Positions 43,829 to 54,100 of a stretch of DNA of 64,000 nt are shown here, in pieces (positions within the stretch are counted from its first letter, which is position 1; each line of letters starts with the position of its first letter). A program made the position numbers and the translations under genes. Under the pieces are notes generated by a model. That model saw nothing but the letters and a program-made list of their open reading frames with translations, did not search any database and was not told where the DNA came from. Source of the stretch: Candidatus Omnitrophota bacterium (lineage in GTDB: Bacteria; Omnitrophota; Gorgyraeia; Zapsychrales; Fredricksoniimonadaceae). The stretch spans positions 5,918 through 69,917 of the forward strand of contig CAIOTT010000056.1 in the NCBI GenBank assembly GCA_903861305.1, in the 5' to 3' direction.

Positions 43829-45655
43829 TCATTTCAATTTCCAAAGCAACAAGACGAGAAGGAACACAAAAATATACATCAGGTACAGCTGCGTATAACG
43901 GATACGGTTGATGTCGAGCTTCACCGAAAGCCCGGTCAACCGCACGAACAGCGGATAAAAGAACGAACTTTCCGAAGCGTCCTGGACCGAAGAATGCATC
44001 TCGGCTTTCCCCGGGAAGTCAGCCGAGATCTGCGTGGCCTGCCGCCGGAACAACAGGACACCTTTGGCAAATTCCATGATCGATCTTGCGAACGAGGACG
44101 CGGTGTACTGGAACCGCGGCGCGGCACCCGTACCACCTGAGAAACCGCAGTTCCATGTCGGGACGAGCGGCATCGGGCGCAGGCCCGACAATGCCAGGCG
44201 CCTCACGGTCGCCAGCACAACGGCCAGTGCCAGGAACATGGCCGCCATGCCTGTGACCATGGCCAGCGGCGCCAGGATGCTTTCTGCCCCCGAAGGCAGC
44301 GCGCGCATCATGAACGCACCGGCCGCAAACGTCAAACGCACCCAGGGTTGCGGCGCCAGTCCGATCACAAGGCACAACCCCGCAAGGATCATCATCGGAA
44401 CGATCATCCAGGCCGAGACCTCCTGCAGGCCCTCCGCCGCGGGCAAAGACCTCGGCTCACCCAGAAAGACCGTCCCGTAAACTTTTGTGAAACACGCCAG
44501 CGCCAGCGCCCCCATCAACGCCAGGGCCAGGATCGCCAGGCCGCAGACAACAGCGCCCGTCAGGGGCAAATGAACAAGCCCGTGGAAAAGCCCGAAATAA
44601 ATGATGAACTCACTGATGAAACCGTTGAACAAGGGCAACCCGCAAATGGAAACAGCACCAACGAGGAACAAGGCCGCCGTGACGGGCATGCGCTTCGCCA
44701 GGCCGCCCAGACGGTCCAGAGCACCCGTGTGGGCCTTCTGGATAACGGCACCCGCACCGAAGAATAAAAGCCCCTTGAAGATCGAATGGTTCACAACGTG
44801 CAGGAGCGCCCCGCCGAAACCAAGCATCGTCAACAACGGGTCATGGTACGTCCGTCCCAGGAGCCCGATGCCCAGCCCCAGCGCGATGATGCCGATATTC
44901 TCGATGCTGTGATACGCCAGGAGCTTTTTAAGCTCATGCTGCCCCAGCGCGTACAAAACGCCCATGACCCCGGAAACGACCCCTGTCAAAAGAAGTGCAT
45001 AGCCGCACCAATCCGGAAGGTCACCCGTCATCCAGATCACACGGCATATCCCGTAAATCCCCGTCTTGATCGCCACGCCGGACAAAAGGGCTGACACATG
45101 CGACGGCGCCGCCGGATGGGCGTGCGGCAGCCATATGTGGCCCGGGATGAACCCCGCCTTGACCCCGAACCCGACCATGGCCAGGAGAAATACCGCCCCC
45201 GCGGTAACAGGCGAAAAATGCGCATGCGCGATCATGTCAAAATCCATGGATCCCGCGGTATGGGCCATGAGAAGGAACATCAGAAAAAGGCAGAAGGTGC
45301 CGCCATGCGCCATGACAAGATAAAGGAACCCCGCCTTGCGCGCCGCACGGTCCTCGTCATTGAAAACGATCAGGAAATACGTCGCGATCGACATGATCTC
45401 CCACGCACCCAGGAAAAGGACCACATTGCTGGCCGTGGCTATGACCACCAGCACAAGGGCCAGTACGATGTAAAAGAAAATGTGCAGCCCCAGGGGCTTC
45501 TTCCCGGCATAAGCGCGCATGTACCCCGCTCCATAGATCCCCGCGCAGGCCACCAGCAGGGTAATGGCAATAAGGAACACAGCGCTCAAGAGGTCGATCC
45601 TGAAGGATAACGTCCCGAAAGGCACCTGCCAGGCGGAATGGTATATCGCGGCCAT
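43829..45655 (-). CDS. NuoL/HycC/HyfB-like antiporter-type membrane subunit
   Basis: 608 aa, polytopic. First gene of the six-gene module. Its ATG abuts the TAG of the upstream HTH-EIIA gene. Confidence 0.8.
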   Translation of the reverse strand: MAAIYHSAWQVPFGTLSFRIDLLSAVFLIAITLLVACAGIYGAGYMRAYAGKKPLGLHIFFYIVLALVLVVIATASNVVLFLGAWEIMSIATYFLIVFNDEDRAARKAGFLYLVMAHGGTFCLFLMFLLMAHTAGSMDFDMIAHAHFSPVTAGAVFLLAMVGFGVKAGFIPGHIWLPHAHPAAPSHVSALLSGVAIKTGIYGICRVIWMTGDLPDWCGYALLLTGVVSGVMGVLYALGQHELKKLLAYHSIENIGIIALGLGIGLLGRTYHDPLLTMLGFGGALLHVVNHSIFKGLLFFGAGAVIQKAHTGALDRLGGLAKRMPVTAALFLVGAVSICGLPLFNGFISEFIIYFGLFHGLVHLPLTGAVVCGLAILALALMGALALACFTKVYGTVFLGEPRSLPAAEGLQEVSAWMIVPMMILAGLCLVIGLAPQPWVRLTFAAGAFMMRALPSGAESILAPLAMVTGMAAMFLALAVVLATVRRLALSGLRPMPLVPTWNCGFSGGTGAAPRFQYTASSFARSIMEFAKGVLLFRRQATQISADFPGKAEMHSSVQDASESSFFYPLFVRLTGLSVKLDINRIRYTQLYLMYIFVFLLVLLLWKLK

Positions 45656-46357
45656 CTAACCGGCCCTCGACGTTTTGGATTCCGCCACCTGGAAGACCGC
45701 CAGTATCTCCTCGCGGGCAACCGACAGCGGGGCCATGCGGCTTTTCGCCAGTACGGCCTTTACAGCGTCATCCTGAAGGCAGAACGCCAGGCGCGATAAC
45801 AGCGACAGATGGCCTTTGAACGAGGAGGAAAGGATCATGAAAAGCGTATGGACCGGCTGGCCATCCACGGCGGAAAAATCAACAGGGTTCTCCAGGAAGA
45901 ACAGGCCCACCACAGGCTCGACACCAGCCAGAACGACCGGATGCTTCACATGCGGGATGGCGATCCCGTCTCCCAGGCCTGTTGTGCCGACCTGTTCGCG
46001 GGACAGGAGCATTTCTTTCAGCGGCGCTTTCTGGATGTGCGCGGGCAAAGGAAGAAGGTCGAGCGCGTTGCCCAGGACCTCCTCACAGGAAAGGCCCTTC
46101 AACCCGGAATGGACACCGCCGCGTGTGAGTGCCGGCGTGATGACATCCTGCCCCTGGCGGGCCCTTTCGCAAAGCTTGAGGGCTCCCGGGGTTAAAGGAA
46201 CACGTTCCTTCAGCGCCCACTCCAAAACCTCGACAGAGTTAAAATAATACTGGTCATTGGCCTTGACCGCGGGCATGCCCCTGGCGTTGAGCCACTGGTA
46301 AAGCGTCCTTTCCTTGATCTCGAACGCGTCCTCGATATCGCGGAATGTCAGTTGCAT
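45656..46357 (-). CDS. HTH (excisionase/MerR-like) + PTS EIIA type-2 (EIIA-Ntr-like) fusion protein
   Basis: 233 aa. N-terminal ERTLYQWLNARGMPAVKANDQYYFNSVEVLEWA. C-terminal EIIA-2 region with GLGDGIAIPHVKH (phosphorylatable His). Confidence 0.7.
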   Translation of the reverse strand: MQLTFRDIEDAFEIKERTLYQWLNARGMPAVKANDQYYFNSVEVLEWALKERVPLTPGALKLCERARQGQDVITPALTRGGVHSGLKGLSCEEVLGNALDLLPLPAHIQKAPLKEMLLSREQVGTTGLGDGIAIPHVKHPVVLAGVEPVVGLFFLENPVDFSAVDGQPVHTLFMILSSSFKGHLSLLSRLAFCLQDDAVKAVLAKSRMAPLSVAREEILAVFQVAESKTSRAG

Positions 46358-46361
46358 GCCG

Positions 46362-48023
46362 TTACCCTTTTTTAATGTCCGCCAGGATGATGTTCGCGCG
46401 GGCGATCGCGTCTTTCATATTGGCAAAAACATTGTCCTCGCCGATCAGCTCATAAAGATTCGCCTTGACGATCTCATTCAGCGGCTGAACGTGCAGCCCC
46501 GTGATGATCAACGCGGTGTTCTCCTTGCGGCTTTTCTCGTAAAAGCTCCTCAAAGCATGCATTCCCGTCGAATCAATGATCGGCACATCGCGGAAACGGA
46601 GGATACGCACTTTCGGGGCACCGCCCACCTGCCGGTCGATCTCGTCAAACCGGCTGGCCGCGCCGAAGAACAGCGGGCCATTGATCTCATAGATCTCGAC
46701 ATCCTTGGGGATAACAAAATTCGACAACGGAAGGTCCTCGCCCTTCTCATCCGCGTCGTATTCCCTGGCCACCAGCTTGATGTTGGTCGCGTCCGCCATC
46801 CGCTTCATAAAGATGAACGTCGCCAGGACAACACCGACCTCGATCGCCGCGTTCAGATCAACGAATACCGTCAGGCCAAAGGTCGTTACAAGGACCAAAG
46901 CCCCGCCGCGCGACCACTTCAATAGCTCCACGAACGAACGCCATTCGCTCATGTGATAGGCAACAACAACAAGGATACCCGCCAGGCAAGCCAGCGGCAC
47001 GTACTTGATCAAGCCGCCCAGGAACAACATGATCAAAAGCACCGTGATGGCATGGATCATGCCGGCCACGGGCGTGCGCCCGCCATTCTTGATGTTCGTC
47101 ACGGTCCGCGCGATCGCTCCGGTCGCGGGGATGCCGCCGAAAAGGGCTGAGGCGATATTCGCCGCGCCCTGCGCGATAAGCTCGGTGTTGGAACGGTGCC
47201 GCGCGCCGATCATGCCGTCAGCCACGATGGCGGAAAGGAGCGATTCAATGGCGCCCAGCAAGGCGATCGTGACCGCGGGCTGGAACAGCTCGCGCAGCAA
47301 CGCAAGATTGATCAACGGAAAATGCGGCATGGGCAAAACGCGGGGCAAATCCCCGAAGCGGCTGCCGACCGTTTCAACCTGCAAATGGCACAGGGCCGTG
47401 ACGGCTGTCACAACAATAAGGGCGATGAGCGCCCCCGGCACCCGCTTGGATATCTTCGGCGTTATCACGATAATAAGGACGGTCAAAAGGCCCGTCATCA
47501 TCGCGTCGTAATTCACAGTCCCTATGTTAGCGATGAAAAGATGCCATTTCTCGATGAACTCGGCCGGGACCTTGCCGATCGAAAGGCCCAGAAAATCCTT
47601 CACCTGCGAAGAAAATATGATCACCGCGATCCCGCTGGTGAACCCGACGATCACGGAATGCGGGATAAATTTGACAGCGGTCCCGAGCCTCGCGAAACCC
47701 ATGATCAACAGAAGGACGCCGCCCATGAGGGTCGCGAGGATAAGCCCGTCCACGCCATGTTTCTGGACAATGCCGTAAACAATGACCACGAAAGCGCCCG
47801 TGGGCCCGCCGATCTGCACACGGCTGCCGCCGAGCGCCGAAATGATGAACCCCGCGACAATGGCCGTAAAAAGCCCCTTGTCCGGCGAAACACCCGAAGC
47901 GATGGCAAAGGCAACGGCCAGAGGGATCGCCACAACACCCACAATGATGCCCGCGATGGCATCAGAAAAGAACTTCTCTTTGGAATAATCTTTCAGGCAC
48001 GTTACAAGTTTCGGAGCGAACAT
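46362..48023 (-). CDS. SulP-family anion transporter with C-terminal STAS domain
   Basis: 553 aa. Contains FSDAIAGIIVGVVAIPLAVAFAIASGVSP, a polytopic core, and a STAS-like tail (VRILRFRDVPIIDSTGMHAL). Confidence 0.88.
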   Translation of the reverse strand: MFAPKLVTCLKDYSKEKFFSDAIAGIIVGVVAIPLAVAFAIASGVSPDKGLFTAIVAGFIISALGGSRVQIGGPTGAFVVIVYGIVQKHGVDGLILATLMGGVLLLIMGFARLGTAVKFIPHSVIVGFTSGIAVIIFSSQVKDFLGLSIGKVPAEFIEKWHLFIANIGTVNYDAMMTGLLTVLIIVITPKISKRVPGALIALIVVTAVTALCHLQVETVGSRFGDLPRVLPMPHFPLINLALLRELFQPAVTIALLGAIESLLSAIVADGMIGARHRSNTELIAQGAANIASALFGGIPATGAIARTVTNIKNGGRTPVAGMIHAITVLLIMLFLGGLIKYVPLACLAGILVVVAYHMSEWRSFVELLKWSRGGALVLVTTFGLTVFVDLNAAIEVGVVLATFIFMKRMADATNIKLVAREYDADEKGEDLPLSNFVIPKDVEIYEINGPLFFGAASRFDEIDRQVGGAPKVRILRFRDVPIIDSTGMHALRSFYEKSRKENTALIITGLHVQPLNEIVKANLYELIGEDNVFANMKDAIARANIILADIKKG

Positions 48024-48078
48024 AACATCCTTTTCCGGGTTTATCAGGTGGTTTTTTTGGGGATGGGATACGCGTTCA

Positions 48079-48106
48079 ATTATACGCTCTATTGAACGGC
48101 TGTAAA
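48079..48106 (-). promoter_or_regulatory. Putative sigma70-type promoter of the sulP / HTH-EIIA / Ehr-like operon
   Basis: The minus strand reads TTTACA-N16-TATAAT (plus-strand tgtaaa at 48101-48106, attata at 48079-48084), about 55 nt upstream of the sulP ATG. Confidence 0.45.
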
Positions 48107-48142
48107 CAGATACCCGTCAAAAATATGCCGGTAATTCCAGGC

Positions 48143-51100
48143 CTAACGGCCGGCAACCCGGGCTTCTGGCGGGATCATCCCAAGGAACTGGGAAAGGCTT
48201 TCCAGAGGATGGACATCCGTGACGACCGGAGCAAACCCGGAGGCGTCCTGCAAGCGTTGCAGCTGCGCGGGATCGAGGTTGAACCGGACAGAGTCCCCGC
48301 TTTCCTGGACCCGCAGGTCCAGCGTGCCGGCGTTAAGATCGATACCGCCGTGGGCGGCGTCAGCGGACGCATCGGCGTGCGTGCCAGGCGACAGGCCTGC
48401 GCCCTTGCCATCAAGATCGAACGGATTGAACTGGGTGATCTCGTCCGGACCCACAAATATAAGCCCATTGTCAATGAACATGGCCGCCGAGATACCTCCC
48501 GTAGATAATACTTTCTCTCCATTCTTGTTCAGCAACATGTTGCCAATATTCCCAGCGATAAAGGCTGTACTCCCTTGCGGCGACCACGCCACGCGCAACA
48601 GTTTTCCGACCCCGGACACCGTATCGCTCACACGACGGCCGTTCTGGTCCAGCAAGAAAGCGCTCGTTTCAAGCCCCACAAGGATCCTGTCGCCCTGCGG
48701 TGACCACGCCATGCGGGACATGGCGCCTGTCAGCACATCGCCCATACGCTCCCCGTTTTTATTCACTAACACGGCGCCTGACCTTCCCAGGACGAAGATA
48801 CTGTCATCCCGCGGCGACCACGCGATATCCATAACGATCCCTATCCCGGAGACATTAGCACCCTGACGCTCTCCGTTCTTATTGAACAAGACACCACCCC
48901 TGCTGCCCCTGACAAAAAGCCTGTCACCCTGCGGTGACCAGCGCGCCCCCGTTATTTGCCCGACCCTGATGGCCTTCTTATAAGAGATCCCATCCATATC
49001 CAGTAGAAGTGTGCCGAAAGGCCCACGCACAAAGACCCTGTCACCCGCCGGTGACCACACGGCATCAAACAGGCCCCCAAGCCTGGCCGTCTCCCCATGC
49101 ACCGTACCTTGCCTGTCTATCAAAAAAACACCGGACCCGGCATTAACAACCGCCATTTCACCATCAGGCGACCAATTCACTTTATTTATCACCGAAGATG
49201 TTGATTTTCCGAAACTCTGCGAATGTCCTTCCTTATCCAGCAACACGTTGCCGCGCCTCCGTTGAACAAGGACCATGTCACCCTGCGGGGACCATGCCGC
49301 GCCTGTCATGTCCTCTAACGCGACATCCCCCAGGTGATCTCCCTTCGTATCGAACAACACCCCCCCTTTACTCCCTATGAGAAAGAATCTGTCACCTTGC
49401 GGTGACCACGCCACATCCGAGCCCTGCCCAACAGCGGATGTTGCAACACGGCTACGCTGGCCATTCCTGTCCAATAGCAAAGAATCCGCGCTCCCATTGA
49501 TAAAAAGCCTGTCGCCTTGCGGTGACCACGCCGTCTTATACAGATCTCCCGAAAGGGCCTCACCCTGAAGCTCCCCATCTTTGTTCAACAAGAGGGCCCC
49601 TAAGTTCCCTCTGAGATATACCCTGTCGCCCTGCGGCGACCACAGCGCGAACGACAATATCCCGACCTCGGATATCACCTGTTTTACATAGCGCCCCTTA
49701 TCGTCCAGGAACATCGTACCTGTCTTGCCGATAACAATAACCCTCTCGCCCTGCGGCGACCATTCGACCCGCATGACTTTCCCAATCCCGAACACCGGAT
49801 CACCCAGGCGCCGACCATCCTTATCGAACATCATGCCGCCATTCTCACCACCGACAAAAACCAAGTCGTTACCGGGCGACCACACTTCGATCGACTTCTT
49901 CCCAATCCCTGACAGGTCCCATGCCTTGCGCGCATAAACTTCCGGCGTAGCATCACGCAAGATCTTCTCATCAACGATCCGGTCGCGGATCAATCCCAGC
50001 GCTGTTTCCCGTTGCAGGGCATCCCCCCACATCATCACGACCCCCAAGACACGGGCCGCATCAATCGCGTTCCCGGAACGGACAGCCTCCTGGACCCATG
50101 CCGCAAGCCCAAGCCCGCTCTTTAAGAACAGCTCCACCGCCGCAGCATGCGGATCTGACGTGATCTCTTCCCGCAATCCGGCATCCGGTATCACCGGCCC
50201 GAACGCCTGTTTCTTTTCAAGCATCCATAAAGCCTTCCAGAGGTCCACCCGGTTCCCCGCGAACAGGCGGGCCAGGTTCCTCATTTGCGCTGAAAATTTC
50301 CCTTCTGTCACGATCTCGCCCCTGCGCACCGCAAGCCCGGCCGTAAGAACATTCCACTCCTGGGTCGCCGCCCCGTGCACCATCGCCATTGCGGTCACGA
50401 TCAGGGCTTTCATTTCACGCCCGTACGCATCCCCATCTGCGATCGCCCCTGCCCGCGGCGGTTCAAGCGTGTTCAACGCCAGCGTATCATTAGAAGGCTC
50501 ATAATAAAGCGGCGTCCTGTTCTTCTCGCTGCCGGTAATCCCGCCGAGCCCGAACTGGCCGAATGTCAGCGTAGGGCGACCGCCCGCGAGAAAGCTCATC
50601 AACTTCTCCAGGGCCGTGAAAATAGCTCCGGCCCCCGGAACAACACGCGAAATATCCTTCTCTCCCCCCACATGCACATGCATCCCCTGGCTGACCTTGA
50701 GCAAGTCCTTACGCCCCGGCTTCTTGTTCAACGCGTTCGCAACACTATTGATCTCCGTGATGATCTGTGTCAATTCTTTCAGGAACACACCCCACCCTTC
50801 TTCGGTATTAGGCATCCCCCTTTTGGTCCTGACCTCAACATTATTCGTATCCCAGCTCATATCCCAGCGGGTTGATGAAATAGAACGCAGCTTTCTTTTC
50901 AAACGTTCGAAAAGAAGATACGTGGCCTCGTCCTGGCCAAGGTTCAGTTCAAGCTCAATGCCGAAGGTCATCTCTTTAGGAAGCCCCGTCACCGACCAGA
51001 TCGCGGGATCGGTCCTCTTCACGATCTGTAAATATTCAAAGAACTCATCCGATGTCAGCTTCCCGAGATGGTCCGTGATCCACAGGAATACCGGGTTATC

Positions 51101-54100
51101 CTTCTGCTCGCTCAACGAGGATGAACGCGAAGCTTTCAGCCACGCGGCGCGCTCCTGATCCGTCAACCCTTGCGGGTCATACGCCAGGACCACGCGTGCC
51201 GTCTGGTCCACAACATCAGTCCATTTCTGGTCAACGGCCACGTCCATCAGGAGTCCCGCCGATGACGTACTCAGCTCGGCTGGTTTCTCTTCCAACAGCC
51301 GAAGCTTCTGCAACCGGCGCAGCAGCGCCAGGCACCCGTACTGCCCCAACGCACGCACGTCGTCCACATGCTGCAGCCCGTTGAATGACCGGACCGCGGC
51401 CTCAAGATCCTCTTTGGCTTTTTGTTCCGGTCTGGGGGCGGACACCGACTCCGCCGGAACGATCTTTGTCGGGACGATCAATCCGGAATTCCCATGGGAT
51501 TCCCAACCCGACGGCACCTTCCGCATCACAATGTCACTGTCCGAAATAACCAGCTTGGCCGCAGCTACCTTCAGGAAAGATGGCTTGTGCGGCTCGCTGC
51601 CGTCACCCGCCTGCGCCTGGTCCGCGACGATCTTGTCTATATCAAAAGGTTCCCAATATTCAACCCTGCCTGAGCCAACGACCTCCAGTCCATTTCCAAC
51701 GAATTTTACATCGCCATCGCCTCCTAATAACAAGACTTTATTCCCCTTCTTGTCCAACAACGCACCCCCGGATCCTTTTTGAACAAAAACTTGATCGCCC
51801 TGCGGCGACCACTCGACTTTCAATATTTCCCCAATGCCAGATACGGCCGCATCCATACGACCACCTTCCTTGTCGAGCATCACTCCGCCGAATTTTCCTC
51901 CGACAAAAACCTGATCACCCTGCGGCGACCACGCCACGGCCCATACTCTCCCAATACCAGACTGCATCTCACCCTTGCGAGCACCCTCCTTGTCCAGCAT
52001 CATGCCGCCAAGATCTCCTAGAACATAAACACGATCTCCCTGCGGCGACCACGCCACGGCCCTTATTGTTCCAATGCCAGAGACGGGCTCACCCTTACGA
52101 TCACCCTCCTTGCCCAGCATCACTCCGCCGGAAAGGCTTCGAACAAAGATACGATCACCCGGCGGTGACCACGCCACGGCCAATATTACCCCGATACCAG
52201 ATGGTGTCACACCCCTGCGATCACCCTCCTTGTCCAGCATCACACCGCTGGAATATCCTCGAACAAAAACACGATCGCCCTGCGGCGACCATACAGCATC
52301 CAATATTGTCCCAATACCAGATACGGTTTCACCCGTACGACCACCTTCCTTGTCCAGCATCACACCGCTGGAATATGCTCCAACAAAAACCCGATCTCCC
52401 TGCGGCGACCACGTCACAGCTCTTATTCCCCCCATGTCAGCTAATATTTCGCCCTTGCGACCACCTTCTTTATCCAACGTCACTCCCCCAGATTCTCCGC
52501 GAACAAAAACCCGATCTCCCTGCGGCGACCACACCACTTCGAATATTCTCCCAATACCAGATACTATCCTTCTTTTTTGACCACCCTCCTTGTCCAAGAT
52601 CATAACGCCAAGATCATTTTGAAGAATAACACGATCGCCCTGTGGCGACCATGATGGCGTATGCCATATGTCCCCAACACCAGATATTTGCTCACCCTTC
52701 TGACCACCTTCCTTATCCAGTAACACACTGCCGGAATCTCCTTGAACAAGAACCAGATCGCCCTGCGGCGACCACACCACTTCCTGTATTTTCCAATTAC
52801 CAGATACTATTTCGCCCTTACGGCCACCCTTCTTGTCCAGCATCACACCGCCAGATTCGCCTTGAACAAAAACCCGATCTCCCTGCGGCGACCGCACCAT
52901 AAAATATATTTCACCGATCCCGGATACATCCCCTGCGATCCGCGTGTAGACCCCCATCATGCCCTGACGCAACGCCGCCTCAGCGATGGTCTTGCTACGG
53001 ATCAAACCCAAAGCTGTTTCTCTTTCATGGATATCCCCCCACATTATCACGGCCGCCAGGACACGCGCCGCGTCAATATCATTCCCGGAACGCACAGCCT
53101 CCTTGATCCAAGCCTCAAGCCCCAACCCGCTCTTGATGAACATCTCCACAGCCGCGGCATGCTCGTTTGATGTATTTTCTTCCTGCAATCCCGCATCAGG
53201 CACCACCGGCCCGAATGCCTGTTTCTTGTCAAGCACCCATAATGACTTCCACAAGTCCACCCGGTCCCCCTCGAACAACCGCGCCAGATTCCTCATTTGC
53301 GCTGCAAACCTACCTTCCGTCACAATATCGCCCCCGCGCACCGGAAGCCCGGCCCGAAGAACATTCCACTCCTGTGTCGCCGCGCCATGCACCAGCGCCA
53401 TCGCGGTCATGATCAACGCCTTCATTTCGCGTCCATACGCGTCGGCATCAAGGATGGATCCCACCCGGGGCGGTTCCAGCGTATTGAGCGCCAGCGTGTC
53501 ATGGATAGGGTCATAATAGATCGGTGTAGTGTTCTTCGCGCCACCCACGACCCCTCCAAGTCCAAACTGACCAAACGTAAGCGTCGGCCGCCCTCCCGCC
53601 AGGCCGCTCATCAGCTTCTCGAGGTTCGTAAACATGATCCCTGCGCCCGCGACAGCACGAAAAACATCCTTTTCTCCCCCCACATGCACATGCATCCCCT
53701 GGCTGATCTTGAACAACTCCGCACGGCCTGCTTCCTTGTTCCACTCACTTACGACCCAGTTCATTTCACTCACAATGGCCGTCAGTTCTTTCAGGAACAC
53801 GCCCCACCCTTCTTCGGTATTAGGCATGCCGCCTTTGGTCCTGATCTCTATATTATTGCCATCGTGACCCAGTTCCCAGCGAGCTGAATCCCATAGGGCA
53901 GGAAGACTGGCGCGCAACAGTTCGGAAAGCATATCTGTTCTTTTATTCTGATCGTCCTCTTGAGATACCCGCACTTCCAGTTCAATGCCGAAGGTCATCT
54001 CTTTAGGAAGCCCCGTCACCGACCAGATCGCGGGATCGGTCCTCTTCACGATCTGCAAATAATCAAAGAACTCATCCGATGTCAGCTTCCCGAGATGGTC

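Noticed and set aside
51580-52605. 341 aa plus-strand ORF with a striking proline-rich periodic repeat (…PAATTPRPIL…), and shorter relatives at 52074-52580 and 52642-52902.
   Set aside because: It is the antisense reading of the 120 nt WSPQGD blade repeats of P5. The periodicity is inherited from the real minus-strand gene.
51725-52925. Regularly spaced 120 nt repeats that could be mistaken for a CRISPR-like array.
   Set aside because: The whole unit, not just a short repeat, is conserved. There are no unique spacers, the array is in frame inside a long ORF and encodes propeller blades, and no cas genes are present.
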